Notes under the pieces: generated by a model
Seen by the model: the letters and a program-made list of their open reading frames with translations, nothing else
Database searches by the model: none
What the model was told of the DNA's origin: nothing
Position numbers and translations under genes: made by a program
In this document: positions 1 through 12,673 of the stretch, in pieces
Numbering within the stretch: the first letter of the stretch is position 1
Layout: the number at the start of each line of letters is the position of its first letter
Source: Raja brachyura
Taxonomy: Eukaryota
Assembly: GCA_963514005.1 (NCBI GenBank)
Contig: OY740798.1
Location: 20,646,001-20,710,000, forward strand
Length of the DNA: 64,000 nt
Direction of reading: 5' to 3'

Positions 1-723
1 TCTGAGAGCAAGAAACGAATCATTTGTAACACCATCGTTTTGGAGAATGATAGCATTCAGATATTGGAAAAAGATCCCCCAATGTGGACTAGTGATATAA
101 ACACAAGCAAAACCTGGTTTGGCAGCGATATGGGAAGTGGTGCAGTGTTAATAGGAATTCCTGGAAATACAAAACAGGATACATCAGAAGCAAACTACTT
201 CTATATAGCAAATTTGGGACAGCCAAAAGAAGAGAGCCAAATGTCTGCCAGCCAGGAATCCTTTACTGATCCTGAGGAATGCAGTGCATTTGAAGATTCA
301 GAAGAATTTCACTTTGTAGTGGAACCAGATCCCTCTGAATATGTGGAAAACTTGAATGAAGGTGATGAAGAAGGATATTGGATAAAATGCAGTGCCAACT
401 GCAATATGAATATCAAGATCTGGGTGCCCTATTATTCCACAGAACTCAATAAACCAGCAATGATCTTCTGTTCAAATGCAGATGATGATGGACACTGGGT
501 ACATGCTCAGTGCATGAATCTCACGGAATCACAGCTAATCCAGTTTTCTCAGGAGAACATAAAGTACTTTTGCAATGAACACTTTATTGATAGAGAAATT
601 AAAACTCCACCAAAGAAAAAGCAGATAAAGCGAACACCAATAAAATCCCCACGTAAGAAGTCACCAGCAACACTGAAAAGGACACCAATGAAGAAAAGCT
701 TCCTGAAGAGACTGTTTGATTGA
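1..723 (+). CDS. RAG2: V(D)J recombination activating protein 2, C-terminal part (5'-truncated by window): end of kelch core, acidic hinge, PHD finger, basic tail
   Basis: Frame is open from base 1 (SESKKRIICNTIVLEND...). Hallmark motifs: TWFGSDMG, FEDSEEF, GYWIKC...PYYSTELNKPAMIFCS...GHWVHAQCM...KYFCNEH, and terminal KKSFLKRLFD. Stop TGA at 721-723. AATAAA hexamers follow near 944, 1023 and 1053. Confidence 0.98.
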   Translation, partial: SESKKRIICNTIVLENDSIQILEKDPPMWTSDINTSKTWFGSDMGSGAVLIGIPGNTKQDTSEANYFYIANLGQPKEESQMSASQESFTDPEECSAFEDSEEFHFVVEPDPSEYVENLNEGDEEGYWIKCSANCNMNIKIWVPYYSTELNKPAMIFCSNADDDGHWVHAQCMNLTESQLIQFSQENIKYFCNEHFIDREIKTPPKKKQIKRTPIKSPRKKSPATLKRTPMKKSFLKRLFD

Positions 724-1077
724 AATTGTAAAACTTATAACAAAAATATTGCATGCAGAAAATTATAAACAGTACAGGGTTCTGACTTTTAGCATATTCC
801 AGACTTATTCCTGTGTTAAGATATCAGTCATGATTTTGTGGAATATAAATGCAGTAACCAGGCGGCCAAAGGCCATCTCTGGATTAGTTAATGTCATTTA
901 CTGATAACAAGGTGGAAATTCTTTCTTATTGAACAAAAGTTTAAATAAACTGATTTAACAAAGGATGCCATTTGGTCAAATTAGACTATTATATTGTAAA
1001 TTACACAAGGTTCTCAGAATACAATAAAACACAGCACAACACATTAAAAAGCAATAAACCCTGTTGTATAATGGGTC

Positions 1078-1730
1078 ATAAGGAATAGGACATTAGGCCA
1101 TTTGGCCCATCAAGTCTATTCTGTCATTCAATCATGGCTGATCAATCTCTCCCTCCTAACCCAATTCTCCTGACTTCTCCCCATAACCCCTAACACCTGT
1201 ACTAATCAAGAATCTATATATCTCTGCCTTACAAATATCCACTGACTTGACATCCACAGCCTTCTGTGACAAAGAATTCCACAGATTCACCACCCTCTGA
1301 CTAAATACATTTCTCATCTCCTTCCTAAAAGAATGTCCTTTAATTCTGAGGCTATGACCTCTAGTGCTAGACTCTCCCACTCATGGAAACATACTCTCCA
1401 CATCAACTCTATCCAATCCTTTCTCTATTCTGTATGTTCCAATTAGGTCCTCCCTCATTCTTCTAAACTCCAGCGAGTCCAGTCCCAGTGCTGACAAATG
1501 CTCATCATAGGTTAACCTACTCATTCCTGGGATCATTCTTGTAAACCTCCTCTGAACCCTTGCCGGAGTCAGCACATTCTTCCTCAGATATGGTGCCCAA
1601 AATTGCTCACAAAATTCCAAATGTAGCCTTACCAGCACCTTATAGAGCCTCAACATTACATCCCTGTTTTTGTATACAAGCCTTCTTGAAATAAATGCTA
1701 GCATTGAGTTTGCTTTCTTTATTACCGATA
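1078..1730 (-). mobile_element. CR1 LINE 3' fragment
   Basis: ORFs 1381-1704 and 1156-1380 give CR1 ORF2 C-terminal motifs (LYKVLVRLHLEFCEQFWAP, VQRRFTRMIPG, TRGHSLRI, FSQRVVNLWNSL) followed by a CR1 3' UTR. Confidence 0.9.
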
Positions 1731-2845
1731 GGAACCTATGTTTAAATGATATTTAAATATTATTTGATCTTAATTTCACAAGGTTACCATCACTATTTCT
1801 TTGCGTTACTGCCTTGAATGTTATATTTCAAAGGTTATGGGGAGAAGGCAGGAGAATGGAATTGAGAGGAATAGATCAGCTATGATTGAATGGCGGAGTA
1901 GACTCGATGGATTGAATGGTCTAATTCTGCTCCAATGACTTATGAACCTATGAACATATTTGATGCTCAGATGAATTACTAAAGAAACTGATAGCAAACT
2001 AAATTCTGGTCCTCTGCTTGTAAGACAACAATTATTAAATCAGTGGTGCTAATGTGGTAAAGAAATAAAAATGATAATCCTGCCTGAACTGTGACGTTTT
2101 TAGATCTTTAATTCATGACGAACACTAATATATACGATTCTATGAAAAGTATAAGGTAACAAAAAGTCCAAAAGTGCAATGATCATCAAAAAAATAAATT
2201 AATAAATTATATCTCAACATAAGTTAATAAATAAATCTCAACATTTTGTGTTTATCCCGATGCCCCACTTGCCTTGGAGATATGTCCTGAAGATTATTTT
2301 GTAATGGTCTCCAGCTCCAACATCTTGGTGTTTTAGATTTTTAACTTTGCTCAAAGTATTTTCATGTGTTTAGTAATGCAAGTCATAGTACGGGCATGTA
2401 GGTTTTGCATTCCCTGCAAACTAAAATCATTCAGGCATAATAACAAATTCTGCTGCCATATCCTAATTTGGACAAACTCACATTCAGCAATCACATATGA
2501 CCTATCCGGCTCACAAATATATACATATATCCTATATATGTGATTCCTGATCCAGCGACGTCTCAATTTTAAATTTCTAATCCTATCTTCCAAACCCCTT
2601 CTTGGCTGCACCTTCCATGTTCCTGCAACCATCCAGTAAAACAATATCCCAAAGTGATCTAAAGGCTTGTGCATTCTTAAAACTCCAGTGTCGCTGATTT
2701 TAATTCTTTCATCATTCACGGCCTTGCTTTTAAGATCTGGAATCTCCTCATGACCACATCTGCCAAGCTTTACTCACCCAAGATAATGGCTTGTGTTAGT
2801 AGAAGCTTTTCTATAAAGGAGTTTGGAACAGTTAATTTAATTAAA

Positions 2846-2978
2846 GTGTGTAGGAAGGAGCTGCAGATGCTAGTTTAAACCAAAGATAGACACAAAAAGC
2901 TGGTGTAACTCAGCGGGACAGGCAGCATCTCTGCAGAGAAGGAATGGGTGATGTTTTGGTCAATACCCTTCTTCAGAC
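2846..2978 (-). mobile_element. Penelope-type terminal repeat (pLTR) fragment
   Basis: Same sequence as the terminus of the Penelope copy at 37279-38595. Recurs more than 12 times in the window. Confidence 0.7.
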
Positions 2979-3194
2979 AATTAAAATTGTCCTGTTGCAC
3001 TGTACAATTTCTACTTCTACGTTAATAACAATAATTTGAAATATTACAACACCATTGACATGCCAGTTCTATTCCAAAAATATTAATGCTGAGCCACAGA
3101 AAGAAATGTTAAGGAAGATGACTAAAGGCTTGATCGAAAAGGTTGGTCTTAGCAAGTAGCTTGAAGACACAGAGATGAAAGCATAGAAAAAGAA

Positions 3195-3351
3195 AGGGGC
3201 TTTCCCACTGCGTCGACCTAATTCGCGAGTTAAGAAGAGTGTGTTCGACCTTCAAGATCGAGGGCACTCGCCTGGAAAACCTCCAGCTGGATCGACCGTC
3301 CGTATTGAAACTGTGAGCTGCATCGACTGACCACACACACACACGCACGCA

Positions 3352-3383
<32 letters not shown>

Positions 3384-3549
3384 CACACCCCCGACCTAGC
3401 TGAGGCCACGTGTATGCGGAAACTTCCCTCGAGCTTGAAGGAGAGTTTCAGTTACCTCCGAGGACCACGTGGTGACCTATCTGCGAGTTTGAGTTGAGGG
3501 CAAACTCTTCTATATTCACAGATTAGGTCGCCGCAGTGGGACAGCCCCT
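3195..3549. mobile_element. PIF/Harbinger-type MITE with internal (CA)n/(CGCA)n microsatellite
   Basis: Terminal inverted repeats AGGGGCTtTCCCACTGCGtCGACCTAAT... / ...ATTAGGTCGCCGCAGTGGGACAGCCCCT. Right flank TAA, left flank GAA (degenerate TWA target duplication). Microsatellite at about 3333-3388. Confidence 0.75.
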
Positions 3550-5956
3550 TAAGAGGAGGAGTTGGCTATTCAGTTTATCCAGCCTTCTATAGCAATCAGT
3601 ACAAGCACAAGTGATTATAAGCATAGAAACAGAAATATAGAAATATAGGTGCAGGAGTAGGCCATTTGGCCCTTTGAGCCAACACTGCCATTCAATATGA
3701 TCATGGCTGATCATCTAAAATCAGTACCCCGGTCCTGCTTTTTCCCCATATCCCTTGATTCCTTTAAGCCATAAGAGCTAAATCTAACTCTCCCTTGAAA
3801 ATTAACCATCATATAGATGACACCATCATAGAGATGTACAGCACAGAAATGAGCCTTTCAGCCCACCACATCCACACTCACATTTTTGCCCATCTACATT
3901 AATCCTGTGTACCCAACTATGTATTTTAGTACCATATTCCTGTACCTTGATCAGTCTTGTGTCTATAAATCTATCTTCTTACATATATTAGTATATCATG
4001 ATATATCAATGCCTTCTGTGGATGAAAATACCGCTTGAGTGAAGAACTTTCTCATCGCATTCCTGAATCATTGACCTCATATTTTGAGTCTGTGACCCCT
4101 GGTCTCCCACCCATTGGAAACAGCCACACTGAATCCCATCTCTCAAGCCCAGTTAATTTCAATAACATTTTCTCTCATTCTACTGAATGCCAGCCTAATT
4201 AAACCAATCTTTCTTGATACAACCTTGCCATCACTGGAATAGGTTTAGTGAACCTTTGTTACACTGCCTTTATGGTGAGAATATTGTTTCTGAAGTGAGG
4301 AGTGCACTCCAAAGACATACAGGTATGTAGGTAAATTGGCTTTGTATAAATGTAAATTGGCCCTAATGTGTGTAGCATAGTGTTAATAGTGCGGGGTGGA
4401 CTCGGTGGGCCGAAGGGTCTGTTTCTGCTTGGTTTCTCTAAAACTAAAACTAAAAACCAGAACTGTATGCAGTACTCCAGGTGTGTGCTCAGTAAGGTTC
4501 TGCATAATAGTAGCTATACTCCTTGTTCCTGTACACAAAACCTCAAAGCCATTGAAAGCCAACTCACCATTTGTCTTAACTGCTTGCTACACCTGCTTAT
4601 TTGCTTTCATCAGCAGGTGTACAAGATCACCCAGATTCCTTTGCACATCAACACTTATATAGTACTCAACCTTTATGTGTTTTCCTTCCAAAGGGAATAA
4701 CTTCACATTTTTCCATAATGCCGTTGTGCTACGTTTGCTGTATTCCTGTACGTTTGAGCAATTTCAAAATCTGTCTAATTTTGAAAGGTGATAAGTAGAC
4801 AACAACAAGAAGAGGTGGTGATGTTTAGGGATGGAATTCCAGTGGCAAGAGATTTTGATGCAGAGGCATTACTGCAAATTAGGGTGAGATTCATATTTGG
4901 GATATGCAAGAGCCGGGAATTGTAGGAAACAGACATCTTAAAGCATTGTAGGTTTGGAAGGTTTGAATGCACGGATTATTATTTTTTTTAAATCGAGACA
5001 TTCAATGAACACAGAGCTGATGCATTAAGATGATTTGGTACAATTCAGGACAAAAATAGCAAGTTTTCAAATTTACAACACATCAAAAATGCTAAGGTGG
5101 TCAGATGGATTGGGATAATCAGGTCATAAGAGACGCATGAATAAGGCTTTCAATGGTAGGCTAACTGAGATTAGGAACCAGGCATGTGGGCAGAAATTCC
5201 AGGAGAGAGATAGGGTCAATGGGCAGGGGTTAGAGCATATTGTAAAGACCAAACTTCAAAGTACATGATATTTAGTGAGAAGACATTTCTGCATATATAC
5301 ATTCTGTTGAACAGGTTTGGGTCCAGAGGTTCAACAGAAATCTTGCAAGGCAGTGAACAGGAGGTGCATGGAAAAGCATAGAAGGTCGCTAGCTGATGCC
5401 ATGGCATGTCTAGACCATTTTTGACCTAACAACCAACCCTAATGGAGCGAAGAACAGAGGAGAGCACAAGGACAGTGCAGTAATCAAATGCTGGAAGAAC
5501 ATTGAAGACTTCAACCAACACTCAGTCTTTGATGTGAATGTCCTTCCCTTCATTCTACAGAATGTTATTTATTACAATCTCAATGTTATTGTTAACCCAA
5601 CGAGAGGTTGACAATTTGAAAAATAACAAATTATTTCAAACAGATGAAAGCCCTGCTGTGATAAAGTATCTCCAGCCTGAAACATCAGCTCTGCTTCTCT
5701 TTCCATGGATGTCTCCTGGTTATTAAGTGTTTCCAGCATTTTCTGTTGTAATTTCAAGGTCATAACAAATTCAGTAATTTGGCTGAACTACAAACTATTC
5801 TCGGAAGCATACAAAATAAAGATTCGAAAGCCAAGGTATTAATGTACACACCACACAACACCATCCCCAAAAGTTAGAATCAATAAAGAGATAATGTTGG
5901 AACACTGATAAAAAATTCAAACCATATCTTAAGATTAGTGATATTCAACAAATTCA

Positions 5957-6830
5957 TCAAATCATTGATATAGAACCTGAAGAGAAGTGGCCCTAGCACC
6001 AACTCCTGCGGAACACTAGTTACTGGCAGTCAAGCAGAAAAAGTCCCTTTTATTGTCATTCGGAGCCTTCTGCCATCCAGCCTACCTGGTATCCATCATC
6101 TTCCTTCTGATGGGCTCTCATCTTCTTTAGCAGACTCACATGCGGCACCTTATCAAAAGCTTTCTGAAAATCCAAGCAAATAACACCCACTGACTCTCCT
6201 TTGTCTATCCTGCCATTTACTTCCTCAATAAATTCCAACAAATTCATCAGGTAAGATCTCCCTTTCACAAAACCATGCTCCTATTTTATTATGAGCTTCT
6301 AAGTACTCAGGGCAGTCACGGTGGCGCAGCGGTAGAGTTGCTGCCTTACAGCGAATGCAACGCCGGAGACCCGGGTTCAATCCCGACTACGGGTTTGTAC
6401 ATTCTCCCCGTGATCTGCGTGGGTTTTCTCCAAGATCTTCGGTTTCCTCCCATACTCCAAAGACGTAGAGGTTTGTAGGTTAATTGGCTTGGTAAATGTA
6501 AAAACGGACCTGGTGGGCCAAAGGGCCTGTTTCCACGCTGTATCTCTAAACTAAACTAAACCTCATCCTTTATAATAGACTCTAAAAGCTTACCAACCAC
6601 TGAAGTCCGGCTCACCAGCCTATAGTTTCCAGTCTTCTGCTTCGCTCCATTCTTGAACAGCAAAGTAATAGTTGCAATTTTCCAATCATCTGGAACCACT
6701 CCTGACTCGTGATTCTTGAAAGATCACAACAAATGCCTCCACAATCTCTAAAGCCACCACTTTCAGAACCCTGCGGTGAAGTCCATCTGGTTCAGTTGAC
6801 TTATCACCTTTCTGCTTCCCAAGCACCTTC
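5957..6830 (-). mobile_element. CR1 LINE RT fragment, interrupted by a SINE
   Basis: ORF 6056-6268 reads KGRSYLMNLLEF...LDFQKAFDKVPH. ORF 6686-6937 reads DKSTEPDGLHRRVLKVVALEI. Confidence 0.88.
6310..6560 (+). mobile_element. tRNA-derived SINE (V-SINE/HE1-like)
   Basis: A box TGGCGCAGCGG, B box GGTTCAATCCC, core GGTTTCCTCCCATACTCCAAAGACGT, (TAAAC)n tail. Related pieces at about 4300-4455, 18293-18457 (-), 20095-20255, 26213-26490 (-), 27095-27280 and 32280-32422. Confidence 0.8.
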
Positions 6831-6929
6831 TCCACCCCCCCCCCCCCCCCCCCCCCACATTTTAGCATGTTAGTACAGTTATGACACTGACATCTACTCA
6901 ACAATGTAAACAATTGCCAAGATATATTT

Positions 6930-7600
6930 TCATTCACAGAAGCAGGACAATTCCAACCTAGCTAATTACCACCCAAATAGTCTATGCTCAATCATCGGTG
7001 AGGTGATGGAAGCTATCATCAAGAGCACGCTCAAATTCCACTTATTCATGAACAACCTATTAGCAGATGCCCAGTTTGGGTTCTTCCAAGATCAATTGGC
7101 TTCAGACATCATTACAACCTTGGTCCAAACATGGATTAAACTGCTAAATTTCAGAGGTGAGATAAGAGTGACTTCCCTTGCTGTCAAGGTAAGGTTTTAC
7201 AGTGTGGCATGAAGAAGACTTGGTAAAGCTAAAGTCAATGGTCACTAGGGGTAAAACACTCAAGTGGTTGGAGACATACCTTAATAAAGACAAAGAGTTG
7301 TGATTGTAGGCTATCTCAACCCAGGACATCACTGTGGGAGTTCCTACATTCAAACATCTTTATAAGCTTCATCAGTGACTTTGTTTTCAGTATGTCAGAA
7401 GTGGGGATGTTCCTGATGATTTCACTGGTTACAACACAGCTAACACAGTTAGGTAATCCACAACTGGATGCAGCAAGACCTAGACAACATTTAAGCAAAA
7501 GTGGGTAAGTGGTAAGTAACATTCACGCCAGATAAGGACCAGGCACTGACCATCTGCAGCGAGAGAGACTCTAATTACCCATCATTAAAACATCATGGAA
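6930..7600 (+). mobile_element. Old CR1-like LINE RT fragment
   Basis: Degenerate RT motifs: NYHPNSLCSIIGEVMEAII...NNLLADAQFGF. Confidence 0.65.
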
Positions 7601-7879
7601 TAACATTGGCAGATCTCCAAGTATCTGACAGGAGAAGAAGGAGGGTCTGGTGGGATCAGAAGAAGAAGGTCTCGACCCGAAACATCACCCATTCCTTCTA
7701 TCCAGAAATGCTGCCTGAGTTACTCCAGAATGTTGTGTCTAACATTACAGTCAAATGTAGGAGGGGCGTCAAGGACGGAGTTAAAAGGAAAGAGAGTAAA
7801 GTGATAGTTAATGACCCCAGAATTAACGGGACAGAAAGCTCACAAAGGGATAGGAGAGTGTGGAAAATTGTAATAGGGA

Positions 7880-10800
7880 TCGTTGTGAAAGGTGAGATGC
7901 GTAAGGAATTAAAAGTATTGAATATGAATGCGCGAAGTATAAGAAGTAAGGTGGATGAGCTTGAGGCTCAGTTAGAGGTTGGTAGATATGACATTGTGGA
8001 GATTACTGAGACGTGACTGCAGGAGGATCGGGCCTGGGAACTTAATATTCAGTGTTATACATCCTATAGAAAGGACAGCCAGGTGGGCAGAGGAGGGGGG
8101 GTAGCTCTGCTGGTGAGGAATGGAATTCAGTCCCTTGCGAGGGAAGACATAGGGACTGACTGACAGAGTCACTGTGGATTGAGTTGAGGAAATATAAAGG
8201 CAAGAAGACACTAATTGGTGTTATCTACAGCCCTCAAATAGTAGCCCGGATGTAGGGTGTAAGTTGCAGCAGGAGTTTAAACTGGCATGTAACAAAGGTA
8301 ATGCCACTATGGTGATGGGGGATTTCAATACGCAGGTAGACTGGGAAAATCAGGTTGGTTCAGGACCCCAAGAAAGAGAGTTTGTAGAGTGCCTCCGAGA
8401 TCGATTTTTAGAGCAGCTTGTAATGGAGCCGACCAGATAAAAGGTAATTCTGGATTTAATGTTGTCCAATGAACCAGATATGATAAGAGAACTCAAGGTA
8501 AAGGAACTGCTTGGAGGTAGTGATCATAATATGATTAGTTTTAATCTGCAATTTGAGAAGGAGAAGGTTAAATCGGAAATGTTAGTGATGCAGTTGAACA
8601 AAGGGGACTATGAAGGCATGAGAGAGGAGCTGGCCAAGGTAGACTGGAAAGGGATCCTAGCAGGAATGACGGTGGAACAGCAATGGCAGCAATTTCTGGG
8701 CATAATCCGGAAGACGCAGGATCCTTTCATTCCAAAAAGGAAGAAAGATTCTAAGGGGAGTAGGAGGCAACCATGGCTGACAAGAGAAGTAAAGGGCCTT
8801 TCCTACCAGCATGCGCCTGCATGAGGCAAGCGCGACCAATCCGGCAGTGAGGGCCGCGCGGAGGTCTGGTGAGTGGCGTAAAGTGAGGCGAACTTGAAGC
8901 AAAGTCTTAAAGGTAAGTTCGCCAGGACAGAGAGGGGCACACAGAGAGGGGCACAGAGGCACACACACAGAGGGCCATGGAGCCACACACATAGAGGGTC
9001 TCGGAGGCACCTACAGAGAGGGTCACAGAGGCACAACGTCGAGATGGTGTGTAATGCGTCGAGGCGACTGCGAGCCGACAAGCCGTTGCCGCGAGGAATT
9101 TTTGAACATAGTCAGTTTTTCGGAGCCCCGCACGATGTCGGGACGAACTCCGCTCAATTCCGCACGGCTCCAGCGATCGAAGTGGGACCGGCCCCGCGAC
9201 GCCGGACGGCTCAAGCCACCACGTTAGGTCGCGCTCATCGCATAGAGTTGCATGCTGGTGGGACAGGCCCTTTAGGGATAGAATAAAACTAAAAGAAAAG
9301 ATGTATAACACAGCAAAGAGGAGCCGGAAGCCAGAGGATTAGGAAACTTTCATAGGACAACAGAAGTAAACAAAACGAGCAATATGGGCTGAAAAGATGA
9401 AGTATGAAGGGAAGCTGGCCAGGAATATAAAGAAGGACAGTAAAAACTTCTTTAGATATGTTAAGGGAAAAAGTGTTGCAAAGTCAAATGTGGGTCCCTT
9501 GAAGGGAGACACGGGTGAAATTATTATGGGGAACAAGGAAATAGCAGAAGAGTTGAACAGGTACTTCGGATCTGTCTTCACTAAGGAAGACACAAACAAT
9601 CTCCCAGGTGTACTGGAGGACAGAGGATCTAAGGGGGTAGAGGAACCGAAAGAAATTTTCATTCGGCGAGAAATAGTATTGGGTAGACTAATGGGACTGA
9701 AGGATGATAAATCCTCTGGGCCTGATGGTCTGCATCCCAGGGTTCTCAGGGAGGTGGCTCTAGAAATAGTGGATGCATTGGTGATTATTTTCCAATGTTC
9801 GATCGATTCAGGATCAGTTCCTGTGGATTGGAGGATAGCTAACATTACAGCTAACATTACTTTTCGGGGAATTACAGACCAGTTAGCCTGACTTCGGTGG
9901 TGGGAAAGATGCTGGAGTCAATTATTAAAGAGGTAATAATGGGGCATTTGGATCGCAGTAAACAGATTAGTCCAAGTCAACATGGATTTATGATAGGGAA
10001 ATCATGCTTGACTAATTTTCTGGAATTTATTGAGGATGTGACAAGTAAAATGGATGAAGGGGTGCCAGTGGATGTATTGTATCTAGACTTTCAGAAAGCC
10101 TTTAATAAGGTCCCGCACGGGAGACTGGTGACTAAAATTAGATCACATGGTATTGGGGGTAGGGTGTTGACATGGATAGAAAATTGGTTGGCAGACAGGA
10201 AGCAAAGAGTAGGAGTGAACAGGTCCTTTTCAGAATGGCAGGCAGTGGCGAGTGGAGTGCCGCAAGGCTCGGTGTTGGGGCCGCAACTGTTTACCATATA
10301 TATTAATGATTTGGAAGAGGCAATTAGGAGCAACACTAGCAAGTTTGCGGATGACACAAAGTTGGGTGGCAGTGTGAACTGTGAAGAGGATGTTAGGAGG
10401 TTGCAGGGTGAACTGGACAGGTTGAGTGAGTGGACAGATGCATGGCAGATGCAGTATAATACAGATAAATGTGACGTTATCCACTTTGGCGGCAAGAATA
10501 AGGGGGCAGATTATTATCTCAATGGGGTTAGGTTAGGTAAGGGGGAGGTGCAGACCTGGGTGTCCTTGCACACCAGTCACTGAAAGTTGGCGTGCAGGTA
10601 CAGCAGGCAGTGAAGAAAGCTAATGGAATGTTGGCCTTCATAACAAGAGGATTTCAGTATAGGAGTAAAGAGGTTCTTCTGCAGTTGTATAAGGCTCTGA
10701 TGAGACCACAAGTGGAGTATTGTGTCCAGTTTTGGTTTGAGAATTTGAGGAAGGACATCCTTGTGATTGAGGCAGTGCAGCGTAGGTTCACGAGATTGAT

Positions 10801-11260
10801 CCCTGGGATGGCGGGACTGTCATATGAGGAATGATTGAAAAGACTAGGCTTGTATTCACTGGAGTTTAGAAGGATGAGGGACAATCTTATAGAAACATAT
10901 CAAATTATGAAAGGACAAGCTAGATGCAGGAAAAATGTTCCCAATGTTGGGCGACTCCTGAACCAGGGGCCACAGTCTTAGAATAAATGGGAAGCCATTT
11001 AAGACTGAGGTGAGAAAAAACTTTTTCACCCAGAGAGTTGGGAATTTGTGGAATTCCCTGCCACAGAGGGCAGTGGAGGCCAAGTCACTGGATGGATTTA
11101 AGAGAGAGTTAGATAGAGCTCCAGGGGCTAGTGGAATCAAGGGATATGGATTGAAGGCAGGCACGGGTTATTGATTGGGGATGATCAGCCGTGATCCCAC
11201 TGAATGGCGGTGCTGGCTCGAAGGGCCGAATGGCCTCCTCCTGCACCTATATCCTATATA
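7880..11260 (+). mobile_element. Near-complete but inactivated CR1 ORF2 (APE endonuclease + RT) with 3' UTR
   Basis: APE motifs LNMNARSIRSK, IVEITET and GSDHN. RT motifs PDGLHPRVL, QHGF, LDFQKAF, GVPQGSVLGP and FADD. Broken by stops and frameshifts into ORFs 7606, 8459, 9397, 9897 and 10592. 3' end reads CCTCCTCCTGCACCTAT. Confidence 0.95.
8793..9271. mobile_element. PIF/Harbinger-type MITE nested in the CR1
   Basis: TIRs AGGGCCTtTCCtACCAGCATGC / GCATGCTGGTGGGACAGGCCCT. Flanks are TAA (8790-92) and TTA (9272-74). Removing the element restores the CR1 reading PWLTREV-RD. Internal ACAGAGAGGGGCAC repeats at about 8928-9032. Confidence 0.85.
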
Positions 11261-12264
11261 GACCAGTTATGAGTGAAACATATGAGTTTTTACAACTTTC
11301 TAATCTAATAGTTTCAACGCTTTCACTATTGAGGTCAATTTTTTTTAATACAGTTCTCTGAATTGCAGGACCAGTAATTTAACTACCACACTCCCAATTC
11401 TAACTGCAGAATTTTGCCTCAAAGGAACAAAGAGGGAGAACATACATCCTTCATGTTCCTCCTACTTGTAGTCAGTGTCAAACAATCTTATCTGTGATGT
11501 TCAAAATGAATGCTCGAAGACACTCAAAAAACATTAGCGCAAGCGCTGAGCTTTTGTGCCCATTGGCATGGGAGGAGCATTCTTGCAGGATTTACGGAAA
11601 AATCACTACGCTACTGGAAGCTTCTCATGTCTCTTGCACCCGCCGCCATATAGATGTCTCCTTTCCCAAACTGGTGTTGGATCGAACCAATTTCTTGTCG
11701 TCAGAGCCAGAAAGCAGCAATAGGTGGTTGAACGGCAATTATCTCTCGTTGGTGTCAGCTAAATGAGGCTCTATGCAGGACATGAGCTGTAAGCCCTCAG
11801 CCAGTTCCAGAAGTCTGATGTAAAGACCTCCCGCTGGTTTTAAAAATCAAATTTCTACATCACAAAACATCATTTGAATTTCAGTAATAAAATAATGGTG
11901 AGTGTTACAAATAATAAATTACACATAACCAACTTACTGAAATCTTGAAATCTTTATTTCTTATTAAAAAGCAGAAACAAATTTAAGAAATGCATTTTCA
12001 ATACACAGTCCTCACAATGTATTCTATGGCATACGATTGTTTAACCACAACATCCTCCCCTACTGCAAAATTCAGCAGGATTATAATCAAGTTCTTTTGG
12101 CTACAGGCTTTATCTCTATTTTGCTCTCCATATATTCTGCTTAAAGAGCTGATTACTGATTCAGTCTGAAGAAGGGTCTTGACCCAAAACATCACCCATT
12201 CCTTCTCTCTAGAGATGTCGCCTGTCCTGCTGAATTACTCCAGCATTTTTTGTCTATCTACTGT

Positions 12265-12673
12265 TGTGAGTTCTGTTTCAAGACCCTCCTCTTTGTCTAC
12301 AAAGCCCTCAATGGGCTTGCACCCACCTACATTAAAAGTCTTCTCACCCACTACACCACCTCCAAGTCTCTCAGATCAGCCGACTTGGGGTTGCTGAATG
12401 TCCCGCAGTCTAGGCATAAGCTCTGGGGCGACCGCGCCTTTGCGGTCGCAGCTCCTAGGCTGTGGAACAGCATCCCCCACCCCATTAGAACTGCCCCCTC
12501 CATCGACTCCTTTAAATCTAGTCTAAAAACGTATCTGTTCTCCCAAGCCTTTCCTGACGTCCTCTGAGTGAGGGCTATTTGTATATATGTATGTAGCCTG
12601 TTTGTAAAGAACTTTGGTCAACGAGAGTTGTTTTTTAAATTTGCTATATAAATAAATGTGACTTGACTTGACT
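12265..12673 (+). mobile_element. L2 LINE 3' end
   Basis: FKTLLFVYKALNGLAPTYI...GDRAFAVAAPRLWNSIP...FKSSLKTYLF, then AATAAA and a (GACTT)n tail. Confidence 0.85.

Noticed and set aside
40-42. ORF-track start of RAG2 at 40
   Set aside because: It is a TTG Leu codon. The frame is open to base 1 and the true start lies outside the window.
6310-6390. tRNA gene
   Set aside because: The A/B boxes run into a SINE core and (TAAAC)n tail that are repeated across the window.
8894-9286. 130-aa Arg/Gly-rich ORF
   Set aside because: Lies almost entirely inside a MITE with simple repeats and has no protein motif.
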